Assembly (NCBI GenBank): GCA_032718475.1
Contig: JAUCBJ010001302.1
Coordinates: 18,887-82,886 of the forward strand
Direction of reading: 5' to 3'
Source: Nemertoderma westbladi
Taxonomy: Eukaryota; Animalia; Xenacoelomorpha
DNA: 64,000 nt
A program made the position numbers and the translations under genes. Positions within the stretch are counted from its first letter, which is position 1. Every line of letters begins with the position of its first letter. The notes below the pieces were generated by a model that worked only from the letters and a program-made list of their open reading frames with translations, was not told the origin of the DNA and searched no databases. Shown one piece after another: positions 50,650-63,273 of this stretch.

Positions 50650-50770
50650 TTTGGATCCTCACAGGCATTCTAGTATACCTCGCGACTCTCCGTATAATTA
50701 ATCGCGACTTTGAAATCAACGCTGATGTCATGCTCATTACCAGTGGTATTGGCGTCGCAATTAATATGGC
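50617..50770 (+). CDS. SLC30A2-like: SLC30/ZnT exon 4 (TM3-TM4)
   Basis: EVLGALTSVLIIWILTGILVYLATLRIINRDFEINADVMLITSGIGVAINMA; GTAAGT donor; phase 1 to 2. Confidence 0.95.
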
Positions 50771-51039
50771 GTAAGTATTAAATCTACTCATATTTCTGCA
50801 ACAATTTACGGATTTAGGTAAGTTTCCATGGGGTCTCTTTAAAATATTTTTTTGTTGCAGTTTTCTTACATTTTAACAAATACTTCCTGCGATTTAAAAG
50901 GTCAGACAGTCAATCCCCCAGCTCGTCTATAATCTCTAGAGAGGCCAGTGGAGTTACGTTATTAGCGTACATTCTTCTTGGTTTTCATATATACACCCAT
51001 AACTTTATTGACTCAGAAAACATTTCATTTTCTCTGTAG

Positions 51040-51337
51040 TCTGGGCATCGTGTTACATCAGTCAGGTATCGGCCACAACCATTCCCATGGTGGCGGCGGC
51101 GGTCATGGCCATGGCAACCACGTGGACTCCCACCGGAACGGTGTGGCGTGCAGTTCATCGGAAGCCGAGATCGACAGAACGAAAGTATTCGCGACCGAAG
51201 ACACGCATCTGCGATCGGAGGAGCAGCATCGTCGTAAAGCGATGAACATTAACGTGCGCGCCGCATTCATTCACGTTCTTGGCGATATCATTCAAAGTGT
51301 CGGTGTTCTCATCGCTGCTTATATAATTAAGTTTAAA
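51040..51337 (+). CDS. SLC30A2-like: SLC30/ZnT exon 5 (His-rich loop, TM5 HxxxD)
   Basis: [17 protein letters not shown]...[31 protein letters not shown]; phase 2 to 0. Confidence 0.97.
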
Positions 51338-51886
51338 GTAAGTAACGTCGTGGTGACATTTAATTGGATCTTTTCTAGAGAAATGTAAAGATCTAATTTT
51401 TCAAAATTGCCATAATTATTAGTTTCTTCGGTAAAATGTATGTGACAATGAAAACATTGTTTTCCGTGTTCTGTAGACATTTTAATTAAATTATTGAATA
51501 AATTTCAGTTTTGGATGTTTTTACTAGGTAATATAGTATACAATGAAATATTATTTGGTGGAACATACAAGCGAGTAATAAATACATCCTGTGCGACTTG
51601 CTAGGTGCTGATAATAGCCGGAGATAAACGGCCAGCATTGCACCTCTATATTATTATTAGTAAATGGATTAGATATGCTAACAATGTGAGAGATGGCTTG
51701 ATTGATCACTACCAAATTACATTATCTTACTTCATAACCCCTTGGATACCGATTGTATCCCTTATTTCATTGTCAGTCCTCTGCGGATAATTGGTGTAAT
51801 GCTCCTCCTGTCAGCGTGGATTAAAGAAAACCACACGGGAAAAACCACTCCAAAAGGGTCCATCCCAGTTCTGTAAAATGTAACTG

Positions 51887-52078
51887 CTTTCTTGCTTGCT
51901 GTTTTACTTACTTGCTTGCTTGGTTTTGCTTGCTGTTTTACTTACTTGCTTGCTTGGTTTTGCTTGCTGTTTTACTTGCTTGCTTGGTTTTGCTTGCTGT
52001 TTTACTTACTTGCTTGGTTTTGCTTTCTGTTTTACTTACTTGCTTGCTTGGTTTTGCTTTCTGTTTTACTTGCTTGCA
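51887..52078. repeat. Compound (CTTG)n/GTTTT simple repeat
   Basis: Direct reading. Confidence 0.9.
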
Positions 52079-53234
52079 AGCAATTCCACGAGATATATAT
52101 TTGCGAGATCGGATTAGCGCAACCAACCCCCCCCCCCCCCCCCCCTGTCTCATGTTGAGGTGGTTGACTGACGTGTAGTGGTGGTCCAATATATCAACAC
52201 CTGGCCAGGGGGTTGGTTCTACAGCTTAGTGTTGTTACACAGTCCCATTGTCGTCTTCAATGTATGCTATGGAATGACGCCATACTTGTGCCAGTCGAGC
52301 CCTACGTCACTGTTTGGGAATGCCATTAGGGAGTTACAGTAAGAGTGCGTTGTCACAAAATTAATCACTTGCGACTGATAAAGTTGATTCATTTTCAAAG
52401 AAGACTGACTGCCTGAGGGTGTTGAACTGACGTTACAAAGGTAGGTTGTGCAATCTTGTTAACAAAATATTGCCGTGCCGTAAATTGTTGTTAGTGTATA
52501 GATATCCAGTATTCGTTTGCAGTTAGTGCAGATTCTTCCAAAGTGTCAGAAATTGAAGAATCCGATTGTGTAATACTTTTCGAACAACATGTAAGCATAA
52601 TAGTAATTTGACAATTTGGGTATGCCTAGTGCCTACTCACTATATATCATGGCCAAGTTCTACTCAACAAAACTCAAAAACTCTTATCGATAACTTTGAG
52701 TGAATCTGATACCGAAAAGAGACTGGATTCTGTGAGAGTGTCCAAAATGATTCACAATTCTCAAGTAGTAGGCATATCTATCAACTGTGAATGAATGAAA
52801 CTTGTCACTTGGTGATTTGTGGCCTTACTAAATAAAAACTAGTATAGCTAGAATAGAAACTAGAAACTCTAAAAACTAGAATAGAGTAAACTCTATACCG
52901 ACAGCCGTTTTAAACCGGGAAAGGAATAGGTAGAGTTGCATCCTAGTCTAACCAAAACAATTAATGGGAGTCAAGGGCCAAGGGCGTCTGTTACAATTTC
53001 ATTTTTGTGCATAACAACACCTGTCAGTGTGTTTTTTAAACATCACTGACGAATTAATAACGAATGACATTACCGCTGTTTGGGAAAGGCTGGATTTAGA
53101 GATAGATATAACGTTTCACCGAAGTCTAGAATACTAGACAGACTAAAATAATGATAGGAGGCTAATATAATTATTTATAATAATTATATATTATTAAACA
53201 TAAAACGAATATTTAAACGTGCAATTTATAACGT

Positions 53235-56200
53235 ACATACAAAGTCTATTAATATTAAACAACTACATACAAAGTATATTAATATTTAACAACTACATAC
53301 AAAGTATATTAATATTTAACAACTACATACAAAGTATATTAATATTTAACAACTACATACAAAGTATATTAATATTTAACAACTACATACAAAGTATATT
53401 AATATTTAACAACTACATACAAAGTCTATTAATATTTAACAACTACATACAAAGTCTATTAATATTTAACAACTACATACAAAGTATATTAATATTTACA
53501 TACAAAGTATATTAATATTTACATACAAAGTATATTAATATTTAACAACTACATACAAAGTCTATTAATATTTAACAACTACATACAAAGTATATTAATA
53601 TTTAACAACTACATACAAAGTATATTAATATTTAACAACTACATACAAAGTATATTAATATTTAACAACTACATACAAAGTATATTTATATTTAACAACT
53701 ACATACAAAGTTTATTAATATTTAACAACTACATACAAAGTATATTAATATTTAACAACTACATACAAAGTATATTAATATTTAACAACTACATACAAAG
53801 TATATTAATATTTAACAACTACATACAAAGTATATTAATATTTAACAACTACATACAAAGTATATTAATATTTAACAACTACATACAAAGTTTATTAATA
53901 TTTAACAACTACATACAAAGTATATTAATATTTAACAACTACATTCAAAGTATATTAATATTTAACAACTACATACAAAGTATATTTATATTTAACAACT
54001 ACATACAAAGTATATTTATATTTAACAACTACATACAAAGTTTATTAATATTTAACAACTACATACAAAGTTTATTAATATTTAACAACTACATACAAAG
54101 TATATTAATATTTAACAACTACATACAAAGTATATTAATATTTAACAACTACATACAAAGTATATTTATATTTAACAACTACATACAAAGTATATTAATA
54201 TTTACATACAAAGTATATTAATATTTAACAACTACATACAAAGTATATTTATATTTAATAACTACATACAAAGTTTATTAATATTTAACAACTACATACA
54301 AAGTATATTTATATTTAACAACTACATACAAAGTTTATTAATATTTAACAACTACATACAAAGTATATTAATATTTAACAACTACATACAAAGTATATTA
54401 ATATTTAACAACTACATACAAAGTATATTTATATTTAACAACTACATACAAAGTTTATTAATATTTAACAACTACATACAAAGTTTATTAATATTTAACA
54501 ACTACATACAAAGTATATTAATATTTAACAACTACATACAAAGTATATTAATATTTAACAACTACATACAAAGTATATTTATATTTAACAACTACATACA
54601 AAGTATATTAATATTTAACAACTACATACTAAGTATATTAATATTTAACAACTACATACAAAGTATATTAATATTTAACAACTACATACAAAGTATATTA
54701 ATATTTAACAACTACATACAAAGTATATTTATATTTAACAACTACATACAAAGTATATTTATATTTAACAACTACATACAAAGTCTATTAATATTTAACA
54801 ACTACATACAAAGTTTATTAATATTTAACAACTACATACAAAGTATATTAATATTTAACAACTACATACAAAGTATATTAATATTTAACAACTACATACA
54901 AAGTATATTAATATTTAACAACTACATACTAAGTATATTAATATTTAACAACTACATACAAAGTATATTAATATTTAACAACTACATACAAAGTATATTA
55001 ATATTTAACAACTACATACTAAGTATATTAATATTTAACAACTACATACAAAGTATATTAATATTTACATACAAAGTATATTAATATTTAACAACTACAT
55101 ACAAAGTATATTAATATTTAACAACTACATACAAAGTATATTAATATTTAACAACTACATACAAAGTATATTAATATTTAACAACTACATACAAAGTATA
55201 TTAATATTTAACAACTACATACAAAGTATATTAATATTTAACAACTACATACAAAGTATATTAATATTTAACAACTACATACAAAGTATATTAATATTTA
55301 ACAACTACATACAAAGTATATTAATATTTAACAACTACATACAAAGTATATTAATATTTAACAACTACATACAAAGTATATTTATATTTAACAACTACAT
55401 ACAAAGTTTATTAATATTTAACAACTACATACAAAGTATATTTATATTTAACAACTACATACAAAGTTTATTAATATTTAACAACTACATACAAAGTATA
55501 TTAATATTTAACAACTACATACAAAGTATATTAATATTTAACAACTACATACAAAGTATATTTATATTTAACAACTACATACAAAGTTTATTAATATTTA
55601 ACAACTACATACAAAGTATATTAATATTTAACAACTACATACAAAGTATATTAATATTTAACAACTACATACAAAGTATATTTATATTTAACAACTACAT
55701 ACAAAGTCTATTAATATTTAACAACTACATACAAAGTTTATTAATATTTAACAACTACATACAAAGTATATTAATATTTAACAACTACATACAAAGTATA
55801 TTAATATTTAACAACTATATACAAAGTTTATTAATATTTAACAACTACATACAAAGTATATTAATATTTAACAACTACATACAAAGTATATTTATATTTA
55901 ACAACTACATACAAAGTATATTAATATTTAACAACTACATACAAAGTCTATTAATATTTAACAACTACATACAAAGTTTATTAATATTTAACAACTACAT
56001 ACAAAGTATATTAATATTTAACAACTACATACAAAGTATATTAATATTTAACAACTATATACAAAGTTTATTAATATTTAACAACTACATACAAAGTATA
56101 TTTATATTTAACAACTACATACAAAGTATATTAATATTTAACAACTACATACAAAGTATATTAATATTTAACAACTACATACTAAGTATATTAATATTTA

Positions 56201-56319
56201 ACAACTACATACAAAGTATATTAATATTTAACAACTACATACTAAGTATATTAATATTTAACAACTACATACAAAGTATATTAATATTTAACAACTAAAT
56301 ACTAAGTATATTAATATTT
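53235..56319. repeat. 30-bp minisatellite (aacaactacatacaaagtatattaatattt), about 100 copies, abutting the exon 6 acceptor
   Basis: The array ends 14 bp before the exon start at 56334. Confidence 0.95.
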
Positions 56320-56333
56320 TCTCATTTCTGCAG

Positions 56334-56439
56334 CCGGAGTGGCATATAGCTGATCCCATTTGTACTTTCCTGTTCTCAATATTGGTGCTATTTACAACCA
56401 TTACTGTTCTACGTGATGCTCTTCATGTACTTATGGAAG
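56334..56439 (+). CDS. SLC30A2-like: SLC30/ZnT exon 6 (TM6)
   Basis: PEWHIADPICTFLFSILVLFTTITVLRDALHVLME; CAG acceptor, GTAAG donor; phase 0 to 1. Confidence 0.97.
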
Positions 56440-56685
56440 GTAAGAAATCTAACTTATTAATCTAAACAGTATTATTATTATAGTTCCTTTAATCATCTGG
56501 TCTATTTTAGTTTACCAAATTGGCAGTTATTTCGCCAAAAAATCTGCTGGCCAAATGGAACCAAGCCAACCAACCGCCTTGGTTCCAGCCGTGAGTTGGC
56601 AAGCAGCAAGGCAGTGAATATGTAAACTAGGAACGGTTCGCTCACTACATGGCTTACCATAGATTTTAAGTTAATTTGATTGCAG

Positions 56686-56820
56686 GTGTGCCGAAAAACA
56701 TTGCGTATGATAGGCTGAAATCTGATCTAATGTCTGTGAAGGGAGTGCGTATGGCTCACAGTCTACACATATGGTCTCTAACAATGGATAAGTCGGCACT
56801 AGCGGTACATTTGGCTATTG
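56686..56820 (+). CDS. SLC30A2-like: SLC30/ZnT exon 7 (cytosolic C-terminal domain)
   Basis: GVPKNIAYDRLKSDLMSVKGVRMAHSLHIWSLTMDKSALAVHLAI; GTTAGT donor; no stop codon, so a further exon is needed. Confidence 0.95.
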
Positions 56821-56850
56821 GTTAGTTATTAAGTTTCAAATAATTATATC

Positions 56851-57524
56851 AATATGTGTCTGTGCATATAGAAACCAGACGATTCCGAGAACAAATAATT
56901 TTTGAGTTATGTATTGCATAAGAAGCGCATTTTAATTAGCTTTCAAATGTCCCCACCACATGTCATTTAGACCCACAGTTCAAAAGTCACGCAATAAATA
57001 GTGAAAGTATATGAAAGGAAAATCATATAATAGTAATAATGAAAAATATTGATTTTAATGCTGGGAAACTCAATTTTTAAATAGAAGTAAATCTAACTCT
57101 CTCTTTTCATCTGTCTGTCTGTCTGTCAAATATATAACAGCATTCTAGCTAACCAAAATTTTGTTGTGGGGGTATTTCTGGTCGGAGATTTCATTTCATT
57201 TCATACAGACAGACAGACAACTGTTCGTTTGGCTGACAGTCTGACAGACATACAACCAGTCTTAAATCCATAAAACATGAAAACAGATATCAGAAATGAA
57301 ATCACCGTCCTCAAATACCCCCATAACGAAAGTTTTAGTCAATTATATGAAAAAAATAATATATTTATCATATATATTTGTATGTTCAATGAATAAACAT
57401 AACTAATGAACATATTTTGAAAAAAAAATCTTGAAAAAAATGTATTTATTTAACTTTATTTCCCTTTTTCTCAAAATGAATTCAGCCCGAAATCGTCTGG
57501 TTTCTATATGCACCGACATATATT
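56851..57524. mobile_element. MITE with ~35-bp TIRs
   Basis: aatatgtgtctgtgcatatagaaaccagacgatt ... aatcgtctggtttctatatgcaccgacatatatt. Confidence 0.85.
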
Positions 57525-57797
57525 GCGAATAGTTGCATATTTAAAAAATGTATATCAAATGTTGATACAATTATCGTAACCTTAATGATAAAAATCATCA
57601 TAACAAAAACATGAGGCAACCAGACAGCTCTACCTGTACCTGTAAGACAAGGATGGCGTCCCTGTAACTCACAAAGTTAAAAATCTGCCCCTGGAATTTA
57701 TAAGCCGTTTAATAAGTATTTGTGGTTGAGTTGACACGCTGCTCCGACAAGTTCACACACTTTACAAATACATTTAACCATTATTCAAGATTGCCGT

Positions 57798-59867
57798 TGT
57801 ACTAATATCTACTAAAATGCTGTACTAATATCTACTAAAATGCTGTACTAATATCTACTAAATGGCTGTACTAATATCTACTAAAATGCTGTACTAATAT
57901 CTACTAAATGGCTGTACTAATATCTACTAAAATGCTGTACTAATATCTACTAAATGGCTGTACTAATATCTACTAAAATGCTGTACTAATATCTACTAAA
58001 ATGCTGTACTAATATCTACTAAAATGCTGTACTAATATCTACTAAATGGCTGTACTAATATCTACTAAAATGCTGTACTAATATCTACTAAATGGCTGTA
58101 CTAATATCTACTAAAATGCTGTACTAATATCTACTAAATGGCTGTACTAATATCTACTAAAATGCTGTACTAATATCTACTAAAATTCTGTACTAATATC
58201 TACTAAAATGCTGTACTAATATCTACTAAAATGCTGTACTAATATCTACTAAAATGCTGTACTAATATCTACTAAAATGCTGTACTAATATCTACTAAAT
58301 GGCTGTACTAATATCTACTAAAATGCTGTACTAATATCTACTAAAATGCTGTACTAATATCTACTAAAATGCTGTACTAATATCTACTAAAATGCTGTAC
58401 TAATATCTACTTAAATTCTGTACTAATATCTACTAAATTCTGTACTAATATCTACTAAATGGCTGTACTAATATCTACTAAAATTCTGTACTAATATCTA
58501 CTAAAATGATGTACTAATATCTACTAAAATTATGTACTAATATCTACTAAATGGCTGTACTAATATCTACTAAAATGCTGTACTAATATCTACTAAATTC
58601 TGTACTAATATCCACTAAAATGCTGTACTAATATCTACTAAAATGCTGTACTAATATCTACTAAAATTCTGTACTAATATCTACTAAAATGCTCTACCAA
58701 TATCTACTAAAATGCTGTACTAATATCTACTAAAATTCTGTACTAATATCTACTAAAATGCTGTACTAATATCTACTAAAATTCTGTACTAATATCTACT
58801 AAATGGCTGTACTAATATCTACTAAAATGCTGTACTAATATCTACTAAATTCTGTACTAATATCTACTAAAATGCTGTACTAATATCTACTAAAATTCTG
58901 TACTAATATCTACTAAAATGCTGTACTAATATCTACTAAAATGCTGTACTAATATCTACTAAATGGCTGTACTAATATCTACTAAAATGCTGTACTAATA
59001 TCTACTAAATTCTGTACTAATATCTACTAAAATTCTGTACTAATATCTACTAAAATTCTGTACTAATATCTACTAAAATGCTGTACCAATATCTACTAAA
59101 ATGCTGTACTAATATCTACTAAAATTCTGTACTAATATCTACTAAAATGCTGTACTAATATCTACTACAATTCTGTACTAATATCTACTAAATGGCTGTA
59201 CTAATATCTACTAAAATGCTGTACTAATATCTACTAAATTCTGTACTAATATCTATTAAAATGCTGTACCAATATCTACTAAAATGCTGTACTAATATCT
59301 ACTAAAATGCTGTACTAATATCTACTAAATGGCTGTACTAATATCTACTAAATGGCTGTACTAATATCTACTAAAATGCTGTACTAATATCTACTAAAAT
59401 TCTGTACTAATATCTACTAAAATGCTGTACTAATATCTACTAAAATGCTGTACTAATATCTACTAAAATGCTGTACTAATATCTACTAAAATGCTGTACT
59501 AATATCTACTAAATGGCTGTACTAATATCTACTAAAATGCTGTACTAATATCTACTAAAATGCTGTACTAATATCTACTAAAATTCTGTACTAATATCTA
59601 CTAAAATGCTGTACTAATATCTACTAAAATGCTGTACTAATATCTACTAAAATGCTGTACTAATATCTACTAAAATTCTGTACTAATATCTACTAAAATG
59701 CTGTACTAATATCTACTAAAATTCTGTACTAATATCTACTAAAATGCTGTACTAATATCTACTAAAATTCTGTACTAATATCTACTAAATGGCTGTACTA
59801 ATATCTACTAAAATGCTGTACTAATATCTACTAAAATGCTGTACTAATATCTACTAAAATGCTGTAC
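57798..59867. repeat. 23-bp minisatellite (tgtactaatatctactaaaatgc), about 90 copies
   Basis: Direct reading. Confidence 0.95.
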
Positions 59868-61185
59868 ACATTAAATAAAGTAACTGCTACTGAGTGAGTA
59901 ATAGCCGATGATACCTTTACAATACAACGGTATTAGACCTGTCACCCCCTCCGGGAGATCCGAGTAATGAGGATCATTATATTACTGATAATATTCTTAC
60001 TTAATATACTGATAATACTGATAATATTCAGTGGAAAAATCATTGTACTGGGCAGGAAATACCGATGCCAAAGAATTTATTATTAATTATTTTATTTCCT
60101 CCTACCTGCTCTACGGGAATTCCTAATTCCTCTCTATGGGAATAGTTCGTATATGAAGCAAGCACTGTAGTTCATGATGATATGATAATAACACTACCTA
60201 TAAAAATAATAACTGTGTATGACTCTATGTTATGGTATGGTATGGAACGACGCGAAGCCATATAGAATTTGGTCAAAAATGGTAGACATCTTGTAGTTAC
60301 AATATATAATTTGTCGAGCGAGCGTTAATTTCATATCAAGGTTTGTTTCGGTCATAAAGGAATTATAATATCTCTCTGGCCCAAAATTCAAATTGCTGAA
60401 CTCTTCAACTCCTGATGCTGCCTTACTTAATGTTAAATAATTAAGTGTTCTGGAATATTTATTACGTAACTAGAGAGCAGCTTAACTACATAAACCAATA
60501 TTGGATATTGAGTTCCGTTTTGGAGTACGCCGCGCAGACACTAAAGTTGCAATAACTAACTTTTGAGTGTGTTAATGGATTTTGCTAAAATTACTTGCAA
60601 ACCTTTTCTACGTCGATGCTCTTTCAACTCATGTATTGCAATTTAAGAAATTCCACCAAAACTATTTTATTTTACTTATTTCGCCGAAAAAAAAGTAAAA
60701 TATATAAAAAATATATATGGGTTACTTTTTATCCATGGGGAAAAAGTACTTCTATTCCTTCGATTTTGGGGCATAATCGAGCGAAAAAGTAACAATTAAG
60801 AATAACATATTTGTTCTTTTTGTTTTATATAATGTTAAAATTCAATTTAATCAAAATTCGTTTTTACTCGCACAATGTTCTAGTCGTCAGTTCTAGAACA
60901 TGAGTCAAGTCATTTACTGTAACCAAACAAATTAACACAACTGCGCGATTTGAAATAATGATTAAATAGTGTAAGCCCGTAGTACTTACTGTGTTTATAA
61001 TAAAACCATTAGTATTAAATCGTGTAACCAAGAATAATAAAACTGATTTGTATTAATGTTCTAGAATATCAAGTAGCTATAAGAATTTATTAGTAATTGA
61101 AATCGTATATATTTATAGCCTATTTAGTTGTATTATGTGACTTATAGACAGACGTATTAGACAATTGTGTTTTATTGCTTCGAAG

Positions 61186-63273
61186 ATGTCTTTAAAAGAC
61201 CTTACGATTAATCGGGATGACACTCATCCAGCAAGTTATAAATGTCATGTTGTAGTTGATCCTTCAGTTTCTGAATCATTTCATTCTTGTATTGAATTAA
61301 GGGAAAATGATTGTAAAAGTGACGATATGAATAAACTTAAAATTATGAATAGTCCCAATCACATGAGAGTTAGCATGTACGATTACTTTCGCTCGGAGGA
61401 ATCATTAGCTCGGAATTGGTGTCCAGATGATGAGGAACATATATGTGTCTGGGATTCCAAGTTGCAATATATATTAACACTTTTGGGCTTCACTGTTGGC
61501 ACGGGTAATATTTGTTTTTTTCCAGCAAATATGGCAAAACATGGTGGTGGTGCATTTATAATTCCATATTGTGTTGTTCTAATTGTCCTAGGTATGCCGG
61601 TATTGATATTTGAGTTAGGAATTGGGCAACTCACGAGACAAGGGCCGTGGAATGTCCCCCATGCTATGAACCCTTATTTAGCAGGTATCGGGGTTGGCCA
61701 GATTATTACTTGTAGTTACTTGGCGATATCATATACCATGGTTCTTTCATATTTCGTGTTCTACTTCGTTATGTCATTCCAGATGCAATTGCCTTGGGGC
61801 GCTTGTCCAGCTAATGCGGCAAACCCAACGGGGAACAAGTTTATAATGCAGTTTAATAATCAATCGTGTATTGATGCCACTCCTGAGCAATTCTTTTGGT
61901 TTAATAGGACGTTAGGTATACCTAATGATATAACTGACACTCCAAGAGTACAATATACTCTTGTAGTAGCCTCTGTATGCACTTGGGTGATGATAACATT
62001 GTCTCTCCTACGCGGAGTTCATGGAGCTACAAGAGTTGTGTATTTTACTGTTACTGTACCGTATCTCACAATGCTGTGTCTACTCATCCAAGCATCTTCG
62101 TTAGAAGGTAGCTGGGAAGGTTTGGCTTTCGTTTTATATCCTGACTTCAGTAAAATAGTTATTGCTGAGGTTTGGAGGGATGCGGCAGTACAAGTTCTGT
62201 TTTCGTTGTCTCTCGGAAACGGGGTAATGGGATTGATGGGCGCAACTCAAAAGAGAAATAACAACTTTATTCGAGATGCAATAATTATCTGTGCCGTTGA
62301 TACATGTACCTCACTGATAGCAGCTGTAACCGTGTTTAGCATGGCCGGGCACATAGTATCCCATGCCATTAGCGATTGTAAAGGGAATTACGGCCAAGGT
62401 GACACCAGTACCGAATGCTCGTTCGAAACCCTTTTTGATGCGACAGAGTTGAAAGGATTTGGAGTGACTTTTGTATATTTATCCCGCGTTATTGAGGAGT
62501 TTGGAAATTCTTCACCTTTCTGGTCTCTGCTTTTGTATTTAACTTTAATATTATTGGGAATTGACTCGTGTTTTGGTTATATTCAGGTACTTTTAAATGC
62601 CCTAGAAGATTTCTCGAGTGCTTTAAAGTTACGTGAATCTTATAGGGTCGGTATCGTATGCCTGTTTTTATTTGTCTGCAATTTGATATTTTCTCTCAAC
62701 ATATCTCAATATCTCAGGGAAATATATAGCCAGTATGTGGAACATATGTGCATGATGTGGATTGGATGTATTGGATATGTATCTATTCTACATAGGGTTG
62801 GTATGCCGCGTCTTATAACTGATTTTGAGACGATGATTGGATATAAGATTAATATTTTGATGTTGTTTTCAATGAAGTATATTGCTACTTCTGCCTATTG
62901 TTTACTTGTAATATGTGAGATTATTTTGGTCATTATTAACGGTGTCACATATTCGCATTACGATACGAAAGAAAATAAATTTGTAGAGCGAGCAAACCCT
63001 CCAATGTATTATGCTCTCGGTTTTGGTCTTGTTATATTTAATTTCATTTGGATCCCACTTCTGGCGATTTTTGAACATTTTCATCATCAGGGTTGCGTTC
63101 ACACGCATCGGCGGAGACATTTCCCAAGAAAAGCTCTTCGTCGGTTTCATGGACTGCCACATCAAACAACTTATAGTCGACTTGAAAGAAGAATACTTTG
63201 TATTCATAGCGAGATACATGATCAGCACGATTTTGTTATCGGTGATGAAAGAGACAATGAATCACAACCTTAG
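61186..63273 (+). CDS. Intronless divergent SLC6 (sodium:neurotransmitter symporter) transporter, most like the SLC6A15-20 amino-acid branch, 695 aa
   Basis: WDSKLQYIL..GFTVGTGN..FP....GGGAFIIPY, ELGIGQ, LPW..CP, WRDAAVQVLFSLSLG, LGIDSCFG; about 12 hydrophobic segments; first ATG at 61186 (the ORF track starts at TTG 61165). Confidence 0.93.
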   Translation: MSLKDLTINRDDTHPASYKCHVVVDPSVSESFHSCIELRENDCKSDDMNKLKIMNSPNHMRVSMYDYFRSEESLARNWCPDDEEHICVWDSKLQYILTLLGFTVGTGNICFFPANMAKHGGGAFIIPYCVVLIVLGMPVLIFELGIGQLTRQGPWNVPHAMNPYLAGIGVGQIITCSYLAISYTMVLSYFVFYFVMSFQMQLPWGACPANAANPTGNKFIMQFNNQSCIDATPEQFFWFNRTLGIPNDITDTPRVQYTLVVASVCTWVMITLSLLRGVHGATRVVYFTVTVPYLTMLCLLIQASSLEGSWEGLAFVLYPDFSKIVIAEVWRDAAVQVLFSLSLGNGVMGLMGATQKRNNNFIRDAIIICAVDTCTSLIAAVTVFSMAGHIVSHAISDCKGNYGQGDTSTECSFETLFDATELKGFGVTFVYLSRVIEEFGNSSPFWSLLLYLTLILLGIDSCFGYIQVLLNALEDFSSALKLRESYRVGIVCLFLFVCNLIFSLNISQYLREIYSQYVEHMCMMWIGCIGYVSILHRVGMPRLITDFETMIGYKINILMLFSMKYIATSAYCLLVICEIILVIINGVTYSHYDTKENKFVERANPPMYYALGFGLVIFNFIWIPLLAIFEHFHHQGCVHTHRRRHFPRKALRRFHGLPHQTTYSRLERRILCIHSEIHDQHDFVIGDERDNESQP

